Below, piece by piece: positions 18,051 through 27,668 of a DNA stretch of 44,970 bases. Below the pieces are notes generated by a model. It did no database searches, had not been told where the DNA came from, and saw only the letters and a program-made list of their open reading frames with translations. The stretch covers positions 1 through 44,970 of the forward strand of contig BEHW01000002.1 of the NCBI GenBank assembly GCA_002898675.1, in the 5' to 3' direction. Made by a program: the position numbers and the translations under genes. The DNA is from a bacterium HR20 (GTDB taxonomy: Bacteria; Bacteroidota; Ignavibacteria; Kapaibacteriales; NICIL-2). The first letter of the stretch is position 1. Every line of letters starts with the position of its first letter.

Positions 18051-18740
18051 TCATTGAACTTTGCGGAGAAACCAGCGCTGGAGCACCTCTGTGCCACTCC
18101 GATAGTCGTGCACAAAAAGGTAGTAGCACTGTCCGGCTTCCAAAACTACGGTAGAATCGCTTCCAATTGCCACGTTCCGATCTGCATCGAGTACAGAAAG
18201 CTGAACCGTTCCTGCCTCGAGACTTGTAAACGGCAATACGGTCTGTGCGTCAACAACAGGCAAACCGAGTGGAGAACCGTTCGCGTTCACCGTAACGAAC
18301 GTCTCTTCCGAGACGTTGATGATTTTGACGGCCGCTTTCCCTGCGAACGGACTTTGTGCTGTATCTACAATTGGGCGGAAAAAGTCCGTAATCGTTCTAC
18401 CACGAACGATAATCGTGTAGGATTGGCCATCGGCCATCACGTAACGCTGCGAGGCGATGCGCTGTGCAGTATCGCTTGCACTCCGTACATCGAGGAGTAC
18501 GTATGTGCCTGAGGGTACCGTAATCGCACTACTTGCCATACCCGGCGGAAGCAACTCAATACGCCGGACGCTATCAGCAAACAGCGTCACCGCATCGGTT
18601 TTCGTCTGCGCATTGAACAGGCGAACGTACGCTGTCCCGCCTGTGAACGTTACCACACCGTCCTGGCAGCCACTCATCAACGCAGCTGCGCATAGCAGGG
18701 TGCTCAGAACGAAACGCGAAGACCAAGTTGCATGCGCCAT
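18051..18740 (-). CDS. Lipoprotein, DUF4397-like beta-rich protein
   Basis: The signal peptide and lipobox are LLCAAALMSGC. The repeated pattern YVRLFNA... / AAVKIINVS... is reminiscent of DUF4397 (from memory). The start overlaps the end of the upstream transporter gene by 37 nt. Confidence 0.6.
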   Translation of the reverse strand: MAHATWSSRFVLSTLLCAAALMSGCQDGVVTFTGGTAYVRLFNAQTKTDAVTLFADSVRRIELLPPGMASSAITVPSGTYVLLDVRSASDTAQRIASQRYVMADGQSYTIIVRGRTITDFFRPIVDTAQSPFAGKAAVKIINVSEETFVTVNANGSPLGLPVVDAQTVLPFTSLEAGTVQLSVLDADRNVAIGSDSTVVLEAGQCYYLFVHDYRSGTEVLQRWFLRKVQ

Positions 18741-21700
18741 CGGGAAAAGAACGAATCAGTTTCGTAAATGCCTGGTTTGCCGTTCGATGTAGTTGGTGAT
18801 GCATAGGAGATTCGCAAGCGACCTTGCCCGTCGAATGGTGTACCCGTCGTTGGGTCAGTCACAAGGGTGATAAGACGATAGCTCTGCAAGTTGACGTACT
18901 GCTGCAGTCCCCACCTGCTGTTGAGCAAGTTGAGGAGGTTTTGGACATCGAGCGTCAGTTCCAAACGAGTTGCGCTCACCGATGGCAACTCTTGCACTAA
19001 TCGAAGGTCGAGCTGATGAATCCACGGCTCACGCATTGAATTGCGTGGCAGCACCTGCCCTCGGTAGCGACGTAGCACATCATTGGCTTCGATGAAATCC
19101 ATCAGCTGCTTCCAGATTTGATCCGCAGTGCGAAGGTCCAAACCTCCAGGGGGAACAACGACAACCCGGCTGCCCAGATCCTCTTGCCGTGGGACGTAGA
19201 TGAGATCGTTGTACGTAAGACCATCGCCGTTGTAATCCCCAATGTACGTGAAGCTGTAGGGTCGTCCAGAATTGCCCGTGTAGAAGATGCCGAGCGTCGT
19301 CGTCAGTGATTCGATCAGGTGGACGCGGTAGAAAATGCTCGCCGCGATACGGTGCGGTACATCGAAGTTCGAGCGTCCGAGCGTGGCTCGATTCGGATCG
19401 GTCGCATCGGTGTTCTGCCAGTTCGATAGCGCTGTCGAGGCAGTCGCATCGGCAAGGTCATAGGTTGCCGAATACACGTAGGAAATCGTCCCGCTCAAGC
19501 CTGGCACGATTGGGTTGTTCTCTTGCAGCGTCAGCGAGAGCATGCCGCTGTATTGGTAGCCTTCATTGCGGCTTGCGAGGAGGATGACCTGGGTGAATTC
19601 TGGTGCAGCGTTCGAATCTGTACGCCCCGAGGGCGACCGTGCATACATCGGACGTCCATCGAGTGGCGACAGTGGCATCGCCAGCGACCGGCGGAGGTTG
19701 ATGTTACGGAACTCAACCGTGTTGAGCATTTGCCCGTACATAAGCTCGGAGGTCAGACGAAGCCACCGCTCCAGCTGAACGTCAACGCCAAGAGTCGAAC
19801 GCCATACTTGTGGGAAGCGGAAGTTCGGATCGGTAACATTGATCTGCGTTGTGGCGATCGGTTGTCCTGGGAACGAGGGATCCCCAGGTTTTGGTGGATT
19901 GTAGGGATCGAGCGTCACACGGAGCGGCACCAGGGGTGAATCGAGCCGCATCAGGAGCGGTGCATTCGCGTCGTTATCACGCCCGATGCTGACTCGAAGG
20001 AGATCAACTCCTGTGTTGCTATACTGATTTGAGAGCCATACCGCTGGCACTCGTCCGCTGAAAATCCCAGTACCACCTCGGAGCTGAACTCTCCGATCGC
20101 CCGTCACATCGTAGTTGAAGCCGAGTCGTGGTCCCCAGAGAGGGCGCGCGTCGGGAAGGCGACTTGTACGCAAGCCGAGGGGGATTTCCTGGTAGTACTT
20201 TTTGAGCGTATCTGGCAATGCTGCATACGCCCGCGCAAGAGAATCGAACCGTGCAGCAAAGAGTGGATTTTCATACGGGCGATCGAAATACACCGGCACA
20301 TCCGCGCGAACACCAAGCGTAAGTCGCAATCGCGGGAGCACCGTCCACTCGTCCATCACGTAGATGCTGCTTTGCATCATCCCCCAGCGTGCGCGTGGTG
20401 ATGGATTACCACCAGTGACATTCAGATTTGCGTAGCTGACTTGGTAAAAGCTCGGTGTCCGATCGCGCAACGCTTGCACATCACGGAACGTGTACGTACC
20501 GAAGTAATCTGGGATGAAGAGGTTGTTGAAGCGGTAGAGCTCGTTGTGGGTGCCGATGGTGATGGTATGCTCGCCAAGGAATATGGAAAAGTCGTTCGTG
20601 AGAGCAAGCTGAGACTGATCGAGCGCATTTGCCTGGGAATTCCGCTCCGGACCAAGCAGCACCTGATCGGCGCCGAGCATAACTTTCACCTGCGGGAAGG
20701 GTGCTGTTCGAAGAACTCGTTCATCGTTGGTCTGCGTCCATGCGATGCGAAACTCGTTTGCCATATTCTCGCCCCAGATCGAATTCCACTGCAGCACCGA
20801 AGAGTTGTTGATGCTGCGGAACTCATTCCACTGACTCGAGAGCGAAAAAATTTGCCGCGTGCGGAGGACGTTGCGGTCCTGAAATGCGTTGGTGTAGTTA
20901 TGGCGAAACTGCAGCTTGTGCCGATCGGAAAGGTTCCAATCGAAGCGAGCGATGATGTTGAACGTGTTGTTTCGCGAGATGAACAACTCTGCCGTTCCGG
21001 GGTCGTAACCATAGACCTCACGGACAGTGCGAATGATTTCGTCAAGCTCTGCCTTGCTGTGCGGAAAGTTATTGAGCGCATTCGGATTGTTGAGCGCAAT
21101 TTCGAGCGGGCGCTGCCGCAGTCGCGTCTCGGTCGTGACGTGGAAGAACAACCGATCGCGGATGATCGGGCCACCAAGGCGCGCTCCAAACTGTGCATCA
21201 CTGAACTGCGCATACGGCTGGCGGAGCGCATCCGGGCTGGGACCGACGAGCGCTTGATTGCGCCCGTAGAAGAACGCTGAACCTCTGAATGTATTCGTCC
21301 CGCTCCGAGTGACTGCGTTGATAAGCCCACCAGTAAAGCCGCTCTGGCGGATGTCATACGGTGAGATGTTCACCTGCAGCTCCTCGATGGCATCAAGCGA
21401 GAGAAGGTTCGCGTTGGCTTGACTACCCGCTGTTCCTGCTTGCCCAAGACCGAAGATGTCGTTCGCAATTGCGCCGTCAATCTGGATGTTGTTGTAGCGC
21501 GAATTCGTCCCGAGGATGCTGATGCCTTGCAGGCCGTCATCAGCGCCAAAGGCGGTCGTCTGCGTTGCGTAAGGATTGACACGCGCGATGTCTGATAGCG
21601 AGCGGTTGATTGCTGGAAGCGATGCAATTTCTTCGGCAGAGACGGCGCTGCCACTGCCTGTTTTGGCAGGTGAGAACGTTCGGTCACGATCGCCAGTGAC

Positions 21701-22060
21701 AACAACCTCTTTGGCAAACGCCTCAGCACTGAGCAACTCGACAGAGACGAACGCTTCTTGCCCCAACTCCACGAAAATGTTCTCGACCGTGTCAGGTCGG
21801 TATCCTACGTACGAGACGCGCAAGCGGTAAGGCCCACCAACTCGGACACCGCGGAGAGAAAAGCGTCCGTTTCGCTGAGTCTTTGCTCCATAGCGTGAGC
21901 CAGTTGGAAGGTGTTCCGCAACAACTGTCGCACCAAAGAGTGCTTCCCCACTTTTCCGATCGCGTACACTACCGCTGATAGAACCTGTGGTAACTCCTTG
22001 CGCCATTGCAAGTGCTGCAGCCGCAATCAGCATCGCAAGGAGTACGCTACCATGCCGCAC
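18704..22060 (-). CDS. Oar-like TonB-dependent outer-membrane transporter with an N-terminal carboxypeptidase-regulatory-like domain
   Basis: About 1118 aa. The signal peptide from the GTG at 22060 is (M)RHGSVLLAMLIAAAALAMA-QG. The CarboxypepD_reg-like region reads GSISGSVRD...RFSLRGVRVGGPYRLRVSYVGY. The plug region reads VSAEEIASLPAINRSLSDIARVNPY. The protein ends in ...LGLRVSF, with the terminal aromatic residue of a beta-barrel. Alternative starts are GTG 22096 (the track start, upstream of the putative -7 box) and ATG 22033. Confidence 0.85.
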   Translation of the reverse strand: MRHGSVLLAMLIAAAALAMAQGVTTGSISGSVRDRKSGEALFGATVVAEHLPTGSRYGAKTQRNGRFSLRGVRVGGPYRLRVSYVGYRPDTVENIFVELGQEAFVSVELLSAEAFAKEVVVTGDRDRTFSPAKTGSGSAVSAEEIASLPAINRSLSDIARVNPYATQTTAFGADDGLQGISILGTNSRYNNIQIDGAIANDIFGLGQAGTAGSQANANLLSLDAIEELQVNISPYDIRQSGFTGGLINAVTRSGTNTFRGSAFFYGRNQALVGPSPDALRQPYAQFSDAQFGARLGGPIIRDRLFFHVTTETRLRQRPLEIALNNPNALNNFPHSKAELDEIIRTVREVYGYDPGTAELFISRNNTFNIIARFDWNLSDRHKLQFRHNYTNAFQDRNVLRTRQIFSLSSQWNEFRSINNSSVLQWNSIWGENMANEFRIAWTQTNDERVLRTAPFPQVKVMLGADQVLLGPERNSQANALDQSQLALTNDFSIFLGEHTITIGTHNELYRFNNLFIPDYFGTYTFRDVQALRDRTPSFYQVSYANLNVTGGNPSPRARWGMMQSSIYVMDEWTVLPRLRLTLGVRADVPVYFDRPYENPLFAARFDSLARAYAALPDTLKKYYQEIPLGLRTSRLPDARPLWGPRLGFNYDVTGDRRVQLRGGTGIFSGRVPAVWLSNQYSNTGVDLLRVSIGRDNDANAPLLMRLDSPLVPLRVTLDPYNPPKPGDPSFPGQPIATTQINVTDPNFRFPQVWRSTLGVDVQLERWLRLTSELMYGQMLNTVEFRNINLRRSLAMPLSPLDGRPMYARSPSGRTDSNAAPEFTQVILLASRNEGYQYSGMLSLTLQENNPIVPGLSGTISYVYSATYDLADATASTALSNWQNTDATDPNRATLGRSNFDVPHRIAASIFYRVHLIESLTTTLGIFYTGNSGRPYSFTYIGDYNGDGLTYNDLIYVPRQEDLGSRVVVVPPGGLDLRTADQIWKQLMDFIEANDVLRRYRGQVLPRNSMREPWIHQLDLRLVQELPSVSATRLELTLDVQNLLNLLNSRWGLQQYVNLQSYRLITLVTDPTTGTPFDGQGRLRISYASPTTSNGKPGIYETDSFFSRWRMQLGLRVSF

Positions 22061-22076
22061 AATGCTCAAGTCTGCA

Positions 22077-22104
22077 ACGCAAAGTTGTAGTACCACGCAA
22101 AGTT
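22077..22104 (-). repeat. Direct repeat ACGCAAAGTT x2 (18-nt period) in the transporter leader/promoter
   Basis: Two exact 10-mers at 22077-22086 and 22095-22104. On the minus strand they read AACTTTGCGT. The upstream copy carries the perfect -7 box and the other a one-mismatch box (CAACTTTG). Confidence 0.6.
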
Positions 22105-22105
22105 A
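22098..22105 (-). promoter_or_regulatory. Bacteroides-type -7 promoter box TAACTTTG for the TonB-dependent transporter string
   Basis: The plus strand reads CAAAGTTA, so the minus strand reads TAACTTTG, a perfect TAnnTTTG match. It implies a transcription start near 22090, which argues against the GTG at 22096 as the start codon. Confidence 0.45.
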
Positions 22106-22244
22106 GCATCCACACAGGCTCTACGATGTTTACCGTTGCGTGATACATGCTACATCCAACGTTCGAATGCCAATTCATAACTTGCGTCCCGCAATCGCCT
22201 GCACAAAACAGTTCCTGCGTGCTGACCACACAGGAATTCCCCAT

Positions 22245-22288
22245 ACATGCAGCAACGAGATTGCATGTTCCACTGAACCGTTCCACTG
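22245..22288 (+). promoter_or_regulatory. pyrG leader: hairpin plus tandem 9-mer GTTCCACTG x2
   Basis: The hairpin pairs ACATGCA (22245-22251) with TGCATGT (22262-22268) around a 10-nt loop. It is followed directly by exact copies of GTTCCACTG at 22267-22275 and 22280-22288. The second copy ends 6 nt before the pyrG ATG at 22295. Confidence 0.4.
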
Positions 22289-22294
22289 CTACAT

Positions 22295-23947
22295 ATGGCT
22301 TCACACACGAAACGGAAAACCAAGTACATCTTCGTCGTCGGTGGCGTACTCAGCTCTGTCGGCAAAGGTATTGCCTGCGCCTCCTTGGGATTGCTCCTCA
22401 AGTCGCGTGGCTATCGGGTAACGATTCTCAAGTTTGATCCCTACATCAACGTTGACCCCGGCACGATGAACCCGCTTCAACATGGCGAGGTGTACGTCAC
22501 CGACGATGGCGCAGAGACAGACTTGGACTTAGGGCACTACGAGCGCTTTCTCGACGTTTCGATGACTCGCTTCAACAACGCGACGACAGGTCAAATCTAC
22601 TACGAGGTGATCCAGCGGGAGCGTCGCGGCTACTACTTGGGCAAGACCGTTCAAGTAATTCCGCACATTACCGACGAAATCAAGCGGCGAATGACATACT
22701 TCGATGGTGAGTACGACATCGTCATCATCGAAATCGGAGGCACCGTCGGTGATATCGAATCGCAGCCCTACCTGGAGGCAGCGCGCCAGCTCACGTTAGA
22801 GCGTGGGCGGAGTGCATGCATTACGATTCTGCTTGCATACGTTCCCTTCATTCGATCGGCGGGAGAATTGAAGACCAAACCTACACAACATGCCGCCAAA
22901 GAACTCATGGAGTTCGGAATTATTCCAGAAATCATCCTCTGCCGCACCGAGCATCGCATTCCGAAGGAAGTACGAACCAAGATTGCGCTCTTCTGCAACG
23001 TCGCTGAGGATGCTGTCATCGAGCTGCCAGATGTCGAGACGATCTACGAAGTGCCGATTATCATGGCGCGGCGCAATCTCGATACAATCGTGCTCCGCAA
23101 ACTCCGGCTCAAGACTGGGGAACTTGAGTTGGATACATGGTCCCGCTTCGTTGCGCGCATCAAAAACCCACGGACAACAGTCGAAATCGCGCTTGTGGGC
23201 AAGTACGTCAGCTATCACGATTCGTACAAGAGCATCATCGAAGCGTTCGTCCACGCTGGTGCCATCAACAACTGCAAGGTCGAACTGCGTTGGATCAACT
23301 CTGAGGACGTCACCAGCGAGAATGTCGAAGAACTGCTCGGAGGCATACGCGGTGTCCTTGTTGCCCCAGGCTTTGGTGCGCGCGGCATCGAAGGAAAGAT
23401 CGCCGCAATTGAATACGTCCGCACCCGCAACATTCCGTTTTTCGGGATTTGCCTTGGGATGCAGTGTGCGGTGATCGAGTTTGCGAGAAATGTCTGTGGC
23501 ATCGCTGACGCCAACTCCGCTGAATTCAAGCGCACGCGCCATCCCGTCATTCACCTGATGCCAGATCAAGAGCGGGTCGAGCACAAAGGCGGCACAATGC
23601 GATTAGGAGCCTACCCCTGCGCACTGCTTGCCGGCACAAAAGCACACCGTGCCTATAACCAGGAGCTTATCTTCGAGCGCCATCGCCATCGCTACGAACT
23701 CAATAACGCCTATCGCTCTCTGCTCGAAGAGCACGGCATGGTCATGAGCGGTGTTTCCCCTGATAATCGCCTGGTTGAAATCATCGAGCTCAAATCGCAT
23801 CCATGGTTTGTCGGCGTTCAATTTCATCCGGAGCTCAAATCCCGTGCGGTCAGCGGACATCCTCTTTTTGTGCATTTTGTTCGAGCAGCGTTGCGATTGA
23901 AATTGAACGACGAAGGCACCGATGATGTGCAAAATCCTATTGAATAG
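22295..23947 (+). CDS. pyrG: CTP synthase
   Basis: 550 aa. The N-terminus is [18 protein letters not shown]. The glutamine amidotransferase nucleophile motif is FFGICLGMQ, followed by the HRHRYE region. Confidence 0.95.
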   Translation: MASHTKRKTKYIFVVGGVLSSVGKGIACASLGLLLKSRGYRVTILKFDPYINVDPGTMNPLQHGEVYVTDDGAETDLDLGHYERFLDVSMTRFNNATTGQIYYEVIQRERRGYYLGKTVQVIPHITDEIKRRMTYFDGEYDIVIIEIGGTVGDIESQPYLEAARQLTLERGRSACITILLAYVPFIRSAGELKTKPTQHAAKELMEFGIIPEIILCRTEHRIPKEVRTKIALFCNVAEDAVIELPDVETIYEVPIIMARRNLDTIVLRKLRLKTGELELDTWSRFVARIKNPRTTVEIALVGKYVSYHDSYKSIIEAFVHAGAINNCKVELRWINSEDVTSENVEELLGGIRGVLVAPGFGARGIEGKIAAIEYVRTRNIPFFGICLGMQCAVIEFARNVCGIADANSAEFKRTRHPVIHLMPDQERVEHKGGTMRLGAYPCALLAGTKAHRAYNQELIFERHRHRYELNNAYRSLLEEHGMVMSGVSPDNRLVEIIELKSHPWFVGVQFHPELKSRAVSGHPLFVHFVRAALRLKLNDEGTDDVQNPIE

Positions 23948-24431
23948 CACGCTACTGGCAAGCATCGCTCTTGTTTGTGCAGCACGCCCAATGCTGAGTG
24001 CGCCCCCCGACGACAGCGCTCGCTACGTCCACTTTTTCACGATGCCACTCGATACTACCCGTGCAGTACCAGCACCGGCAATCGAGCAACGAGACTCGAG
24101 TGGACTTATCATCATCGAGATTGCTTACGGAAAAGGCGAACTCTCCGATCCACGCCGCAGACATTACGTCCGATTCATCGGGTACCATGCTGCTACGATG
24201 GAGGAGTTCTCGACCGAATTTGCAGGCAAGAAGGTGTACGCATTCATCCCGGACTCGACGTCGGTCTTCCCAGGTTTCAAGTACGCACTCCGCGGCATGC
24301 GCGTCGGCGGACGAAGGCGCGTGGTTGTCCCGCCACACCTTGCATATGGCGAGCGCGGCCGACCGTCCGTCGGCATTGGACCGAATGAAACCCTCATTGT
24401 TGATCTCGAACTTGTCAAACTCGATCCATGA
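23922..24431 (+). CDS. Secreted FKBP-type peptidyl-prolyl cis-trans isomerase
   Basis: The signal-like N-terminus is [20 protein letters not shown]. The FKBP core reads [29 protein letters not shown]...[10 protein letters not shown]. The start overlaps the pyrG end by 26 nt, and the stop overlaps the next start (ATGA). Confidence 0.85.
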   Translation: MMCKILLNSTLLASIALVCAARPMLSAPPDDSARYVHFFTMPLDTTRAVPAPAIEQRDSSGLIIIEIAYGKGELSDPRRRHYVRFIGYHAATMEEFSTEFAGKKVYAFIPDSTSVFPGFKYALRGMRVGGRRRVVVPPHLAYGERGRPSVGIGPNETLIVDLELVKLDP

Positions 24432-25678
24432 TTACGAACCTCGTCCTCGTCGAACACCCTACGCATCCGACGACGCTCTACCCGTTTTCGATCCTCCATT
24501 TGCCCTGGGAGCTTCGCTACGGCGCTATGACGATCATCGAAACGTGGCTACGTCTGACGGGCACAACGTTGCTTGATTGCCTGGGGCGCCCAGCACACCG
24601 CACCTCGTTCTACGCGCGCTTTCCCGAATACCGTGGCCATCAGCTCGGTGTGGGGACAGTCCTTGTCATCTCCAGCAGGTTACTTCCGACCAAGGAAGTT
24701 GTGCGCCAGATTACTCGTCACGCTTGCGGGAATCCTCCACAGTGCTTCTATGCTGGCAGCGAGCTTGTCGCACTCAGCTGCTCCCTGCACCAATGGGAGC
24801 AACTTGCCGCCCATGATTGGCACGACCTCGAACGCAGCGTTACTCCTAGCTGGCAAAAGCACGAGCTGCGCAACGCACCGCTGCTGACGTATCTGTGGGA
24901 TCTCTTTGTGTACGGGGATGCAACAATTGCTGAGCAGTTTGAGTTTTATGCAGACCACACAATTCACCACGCTGACTACGGTAGCGGGAGCGTCGCGGTG
25001 CTCAATGCTGAGGCAATCGCAGTTGGCGAAAATTCCTCCATCGCTCCACTTGTCGTGCTCGATGCTTCAGCAGGACCAATCATCATTGGCAACAACGTCA
25101 CGATCATGCCACAGGCTACGATTATCGGGCCATGCGCCATTGGCGATCATTCCGTCATCAAGGTCGGTGCGAAGATTTACCCAAATACGATCATTGGCCC
25201 GTGGTGTAAAGTTGGTGGCGAGGTAGAGTGCACAATCTTCCAGAGCTTCTCCAACAAACAGCACGATGGATTTCTTGGACATTCCTTCATCAGCGAGTGG
25301 GTCAATCTCGGCGCTGGTGCCAATACCAGCAACCTCAAAAACACCTACCGCCCAATCTCGGTAGAGCTTCCGTCCGGAAAAGTCGCAACAGGGCGAACGT
25401 TCCTCGGCCTGCTCTGCGGCGATCATACAAAAGCTGGAATCGCAACCATGTTTTCGACTGGAACTGTGGTAGGAATCAGTGCGAACATCTTCGGTGCAGG
25501 TTATACGCCGACTGTGATTCCTTCCTTCACCTGGGGTGGTATCAACGAGCAGAGGCTCTATGCACTTGATGTTGCACTCGATACAGCTCGACGTTCAATG
25601 GCACGGAGGAATCGCCAACTGTTGCCAGAAGAACAAGCATTGATGCAGGCTGAATACCAGCGGGTGCTTGCCAAGTAG
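24428..25678 (+). CDS. GlmU-family / putative sugar nucleotidyltransferase with a left-handed beta-helix (hexapeptide) C-domain
   Basis: 416 aa. The N-terminus LVLVEH...LYPFSILHLPWELRYGAMTIIETW resembles a nucleotidyltransferase fold. Hexapeptide repeats follow (IIGNNVTIMPQATIIGPCAIGDHSVIKVGAKIYPNTIIGPWCKVGGEV... GHSFISEWVNLGAGANTSNLKNTY). Confidence 0.7.
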   Translation: MITNLVLVEHPTHPTTLYPFSILHLPWELRYGAMTIIETWLRLTGTTLLDCLGRPAHRTSFYARFPEYRGHQLGVGTVLVISSRLLPTKEVVRQITRHACGNPPQCFYAGSELVALSCSLHQWEQLAAHDWHDLERSVTPSWQKHELRNAPLLTYLWDLFVYGDATIAEQFEFYADHTIHHADYGSGSVAVLNAEAIAVGENSSIAPLVVLDASAGPIIIGNNVTIMPQATIIGPCAIGDHSVIKVGAKIYPNTIIGPWCKVGGEVECTIFQSFSNKQHDGFLGHSFISEWVNLGAGANTSNLKNTYRPISVELPSGKVATGRTFLGLLCGDHTKAGIATMFSTGTVVGISANIFGAGYTPTVIPSFTWGGINEQRLYALDVALDTARRSMARRNRQLLPEEQALMQAEYQRVLAK

Positions 25679-25736
25679 CTCGCGCGATCACAGTCGCTAC
25701 CCGAAGAGAATAGACTGCCGCTCACAGAAACTACTC

Positions 25737-27668
25737 CTACCTTCCCAGGAGCAAATCAATGCGATCGCTGGCTTCCTCGATGAAAACATCCGCTCCTGGA
25801 AAGCCCACCTCCTTAAACTGCACAACGCCATCGCGATCGAGATAGAACTTCGTCGGAATGCCAGTCACACCAAACCCGGAAACGACTTCATCCCGCAAGT
25901 CCAAGACAACTGGGAATGTGTAAGAGGGATTGCTTGCTAAAAATTTCCTGACATGCTCGGCGCGGTCATCCACCCGTTCCCAGCAATTGACCAGGAGTAT
26001 CTCCACATCACTTGTGGAGCGGTACTTTTCGTAGAGCTTTTGCATGGAAGGCATCGAAGCGCGGCACGGCCCACACCAAGTTGCCCAGAAGTCAAGCACG
26101 ACTACTTTCCCCTTGAGCTGTCGGAGTGAAATCTGCCGACCATCGAGCGTAGTGAGTACTGCATCGCCCAACAAAAACGTGCTTCCGTCATTGCGCCGAA
26201 ACTGCATCTCCAGCAGAGGTTGCGCAAGCATTTCCTGGCGCAAACGGCGCAGCTTCGCCGGGCGTGCCTGCTTGCGCAGCGATTCATACTCGGCGCGAAT
26301 CGCTGCCGTGTCAGCAGACGACTGGAGAAATCGCATCACCGTCGGACCGATCGCTCTTCCCGATGCAATTGCGCGGCGAGCGACAGCGAGTGATTCCTCG
26401 CGCCGACCAGCTGCCATGAGTGCTTCGCTGAGATGTTCGAGCATGTCGCCGCTGGCAAACGGCCCAAGAAGGTACTCGCACTGACGGAATGCCTCGATGG
26501 CATCCTCTGTTCGTCCCATCCGGTAGAGGACGTATCCCCACGTATCGTGGCAGATACCGCGGAGCTCGCGCAGCTGCCAGCGATATTCACACGGTGCAAC
26601 GTAGCGTGGCTTTGCATCGAGATTTTCCGTTTCGAGTGCTCGAACAGCCCATTCGATGTACTGCTGTGCGAGCTTGAGCAGAGAATCCTGCCGTACTATC
26701 GTCACCGCGAGCATGTTGAGCAGTGCTGGGGGCGGCGAACTGGTCACCCCCGGCGGCACGGGGTATGAATTGACCGTCGCAATTGCTGCATCACCGTTTC
26801 CCTGCTGAAGGTAATAGGCAACCAGGTCGGTGTACATTTTCGCTGCACTCGGTGAGGAAGGGAACCGTTCTGCAAAGCGACGAATGCGATCGCGGAACTC
26901 TTCCGGCGTTTTCGCGGCGGCGCAGTATGCCCGCTCGACTTCTTCGGCAAGGTCGCTTGTCGGGAAACGCTCTGCGAAGCGGCGTTCGAGCTCAGCAGCG
27001 TCGCTATCGCGCCCAAGCAAGCGCAGCGCTCGGCTCCTGCTGCGCACCTGCATCTCGTTTGTCGAATCCCAAGGGAGCTGCAGGAGCCGCTGAAGCGTCT
27101 CGTCGAGATCGCTTCTGGTAATCTCGCCCCGATCGAATCGTACCCCTGCATATGCGAACTTCGTCGGCAGATGTTCGGGATGGCTCTCCAACGAGCGCTG
27201 CAGTAGTTCCTTGGCTCGATCGAGATCAGCGCGCCGTGCAACTGATGCGATACCACTTGCCCCTTGCCCTAAGTACGAAATCGCTTGACGGAAATAAGCA
27301 CCAGTTTTCGGGGTGCTCCCATTCCAGACGAGAGCATCCCAAAAGCGCCCGCGATTATCGTCGTACTCTCGCCCGCTGACAATGCGGAACAGCAGGAAGA
27401 CGGCATCGGATGGCACAGCAGAAAACGTGCCGCGGTAGGTTGTCCCTTTTCGTTCCAGTCGAACATCCCAGGCAGTGGGATAAAAGCGGCTATCGTCGAA
27501 GGCGTAGATGCAGAGCCAGACAGAATCTGGCTCGCTGAAGTACTCGGAGTCAGCAACGTAGCTGAACTCGATTGGCTTGCCGCTCTGTGGACGAGCGGGT
27601 TCTACTCGCAGCTCGCCAGCAATCGCTCCGAGCGTTAGAAGGACAGCAGCAGCAATGGTACGCATCAT
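25737..27668 (-). CDS. Exported TPR-repeat protein with a C-terminal TlpA/ResA-like thioredoxin domain
   Basis: The signal peptide is MMRTIAAAVLLTLGAIAG. A beta-rich N-domain and a central TPR-like helical region follow. The C-terminal thioredoxin fold carries VVLDFWATWCGPCRASMP. The start overlaps the rnc stop (ATGA at 27665-27668). Confidence 0.85.
   Translation of the reverse strand: MMRTIAAAVLLTLGAIAGELRVEPARPQSGKPIEFSYVADSEYFSEPDSVWLCIYAFDDSRFYPTAWDVRLERKGTTYRGTFSAVPSDAVFLLFRIVSGREYDDNRGRFWDALVWNGSTPKTGAYFRQAISYLGQGASGIASVARRADLDRAKELLQRSLESHPEHLPTKFAYAGVRFDRGEITRSDLDETLQRLLQLPWDSTNEMQVRSRSRALRLLGRDSDAAELERRFAERFPTSDLAEEVERAYCAAAKTPEEFRDRIRRFAERFPSSPSAAKMYTDLVAYYLQQGNGDAAIATVNSYPVPPGVTSSPPPALLNMLAVTIVRQDSLLKLAQQYIEWAVRALETENLDAKPRYVAPCEYRWQLRELRGICHDTWGYVLYRMGRTEDAIEAFRQCEYLLGPFASGDMLEHLSEALMAAGRREESLAVARRAIASGRAIGPTVMRFLQSSADTAAIRAEYESLRKQARPAKLRRLRQEMLAQPLLEMQFRRNDGSTFLLGDAVLTTLDGRQISLRQLKGKVVVLDFWATWCGPCRASMPSMQKLYEKYRSTSDVEILLVNCWERVDDRAEHVRKFLASNPSYTFPVVLDLRDEVVSGFGVTGIPTKFYLDRDGVVQFKEVGFPGADVFIEEASDRIDLLLGR

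Noticed and set aside
22061-22105. Riboswitch (for example cobalamin or TPP) in front of the TonB-dependent transporter.
   Set aside because: The leader between the predicted -7 box and the start codon is only about 30-60 nt. That is far too short for any known riboswitch aptamer.
22047-22437. Small ORFs covering the transporter/pyrG intergenic region, including a Cys-rich 85-aa minus-strand ORF at 22047-22304 and ORFs at 22140-22421, 22147-22437 and 22150-22401.
   Set aside because: Several frames are open here at once, so the region is simply stop-poor. The ORFs overlap the pyrG or transporter starts. The 85-aa ORF would begin upstream of the predicted transporter promoter box. None has a recognisable motif.
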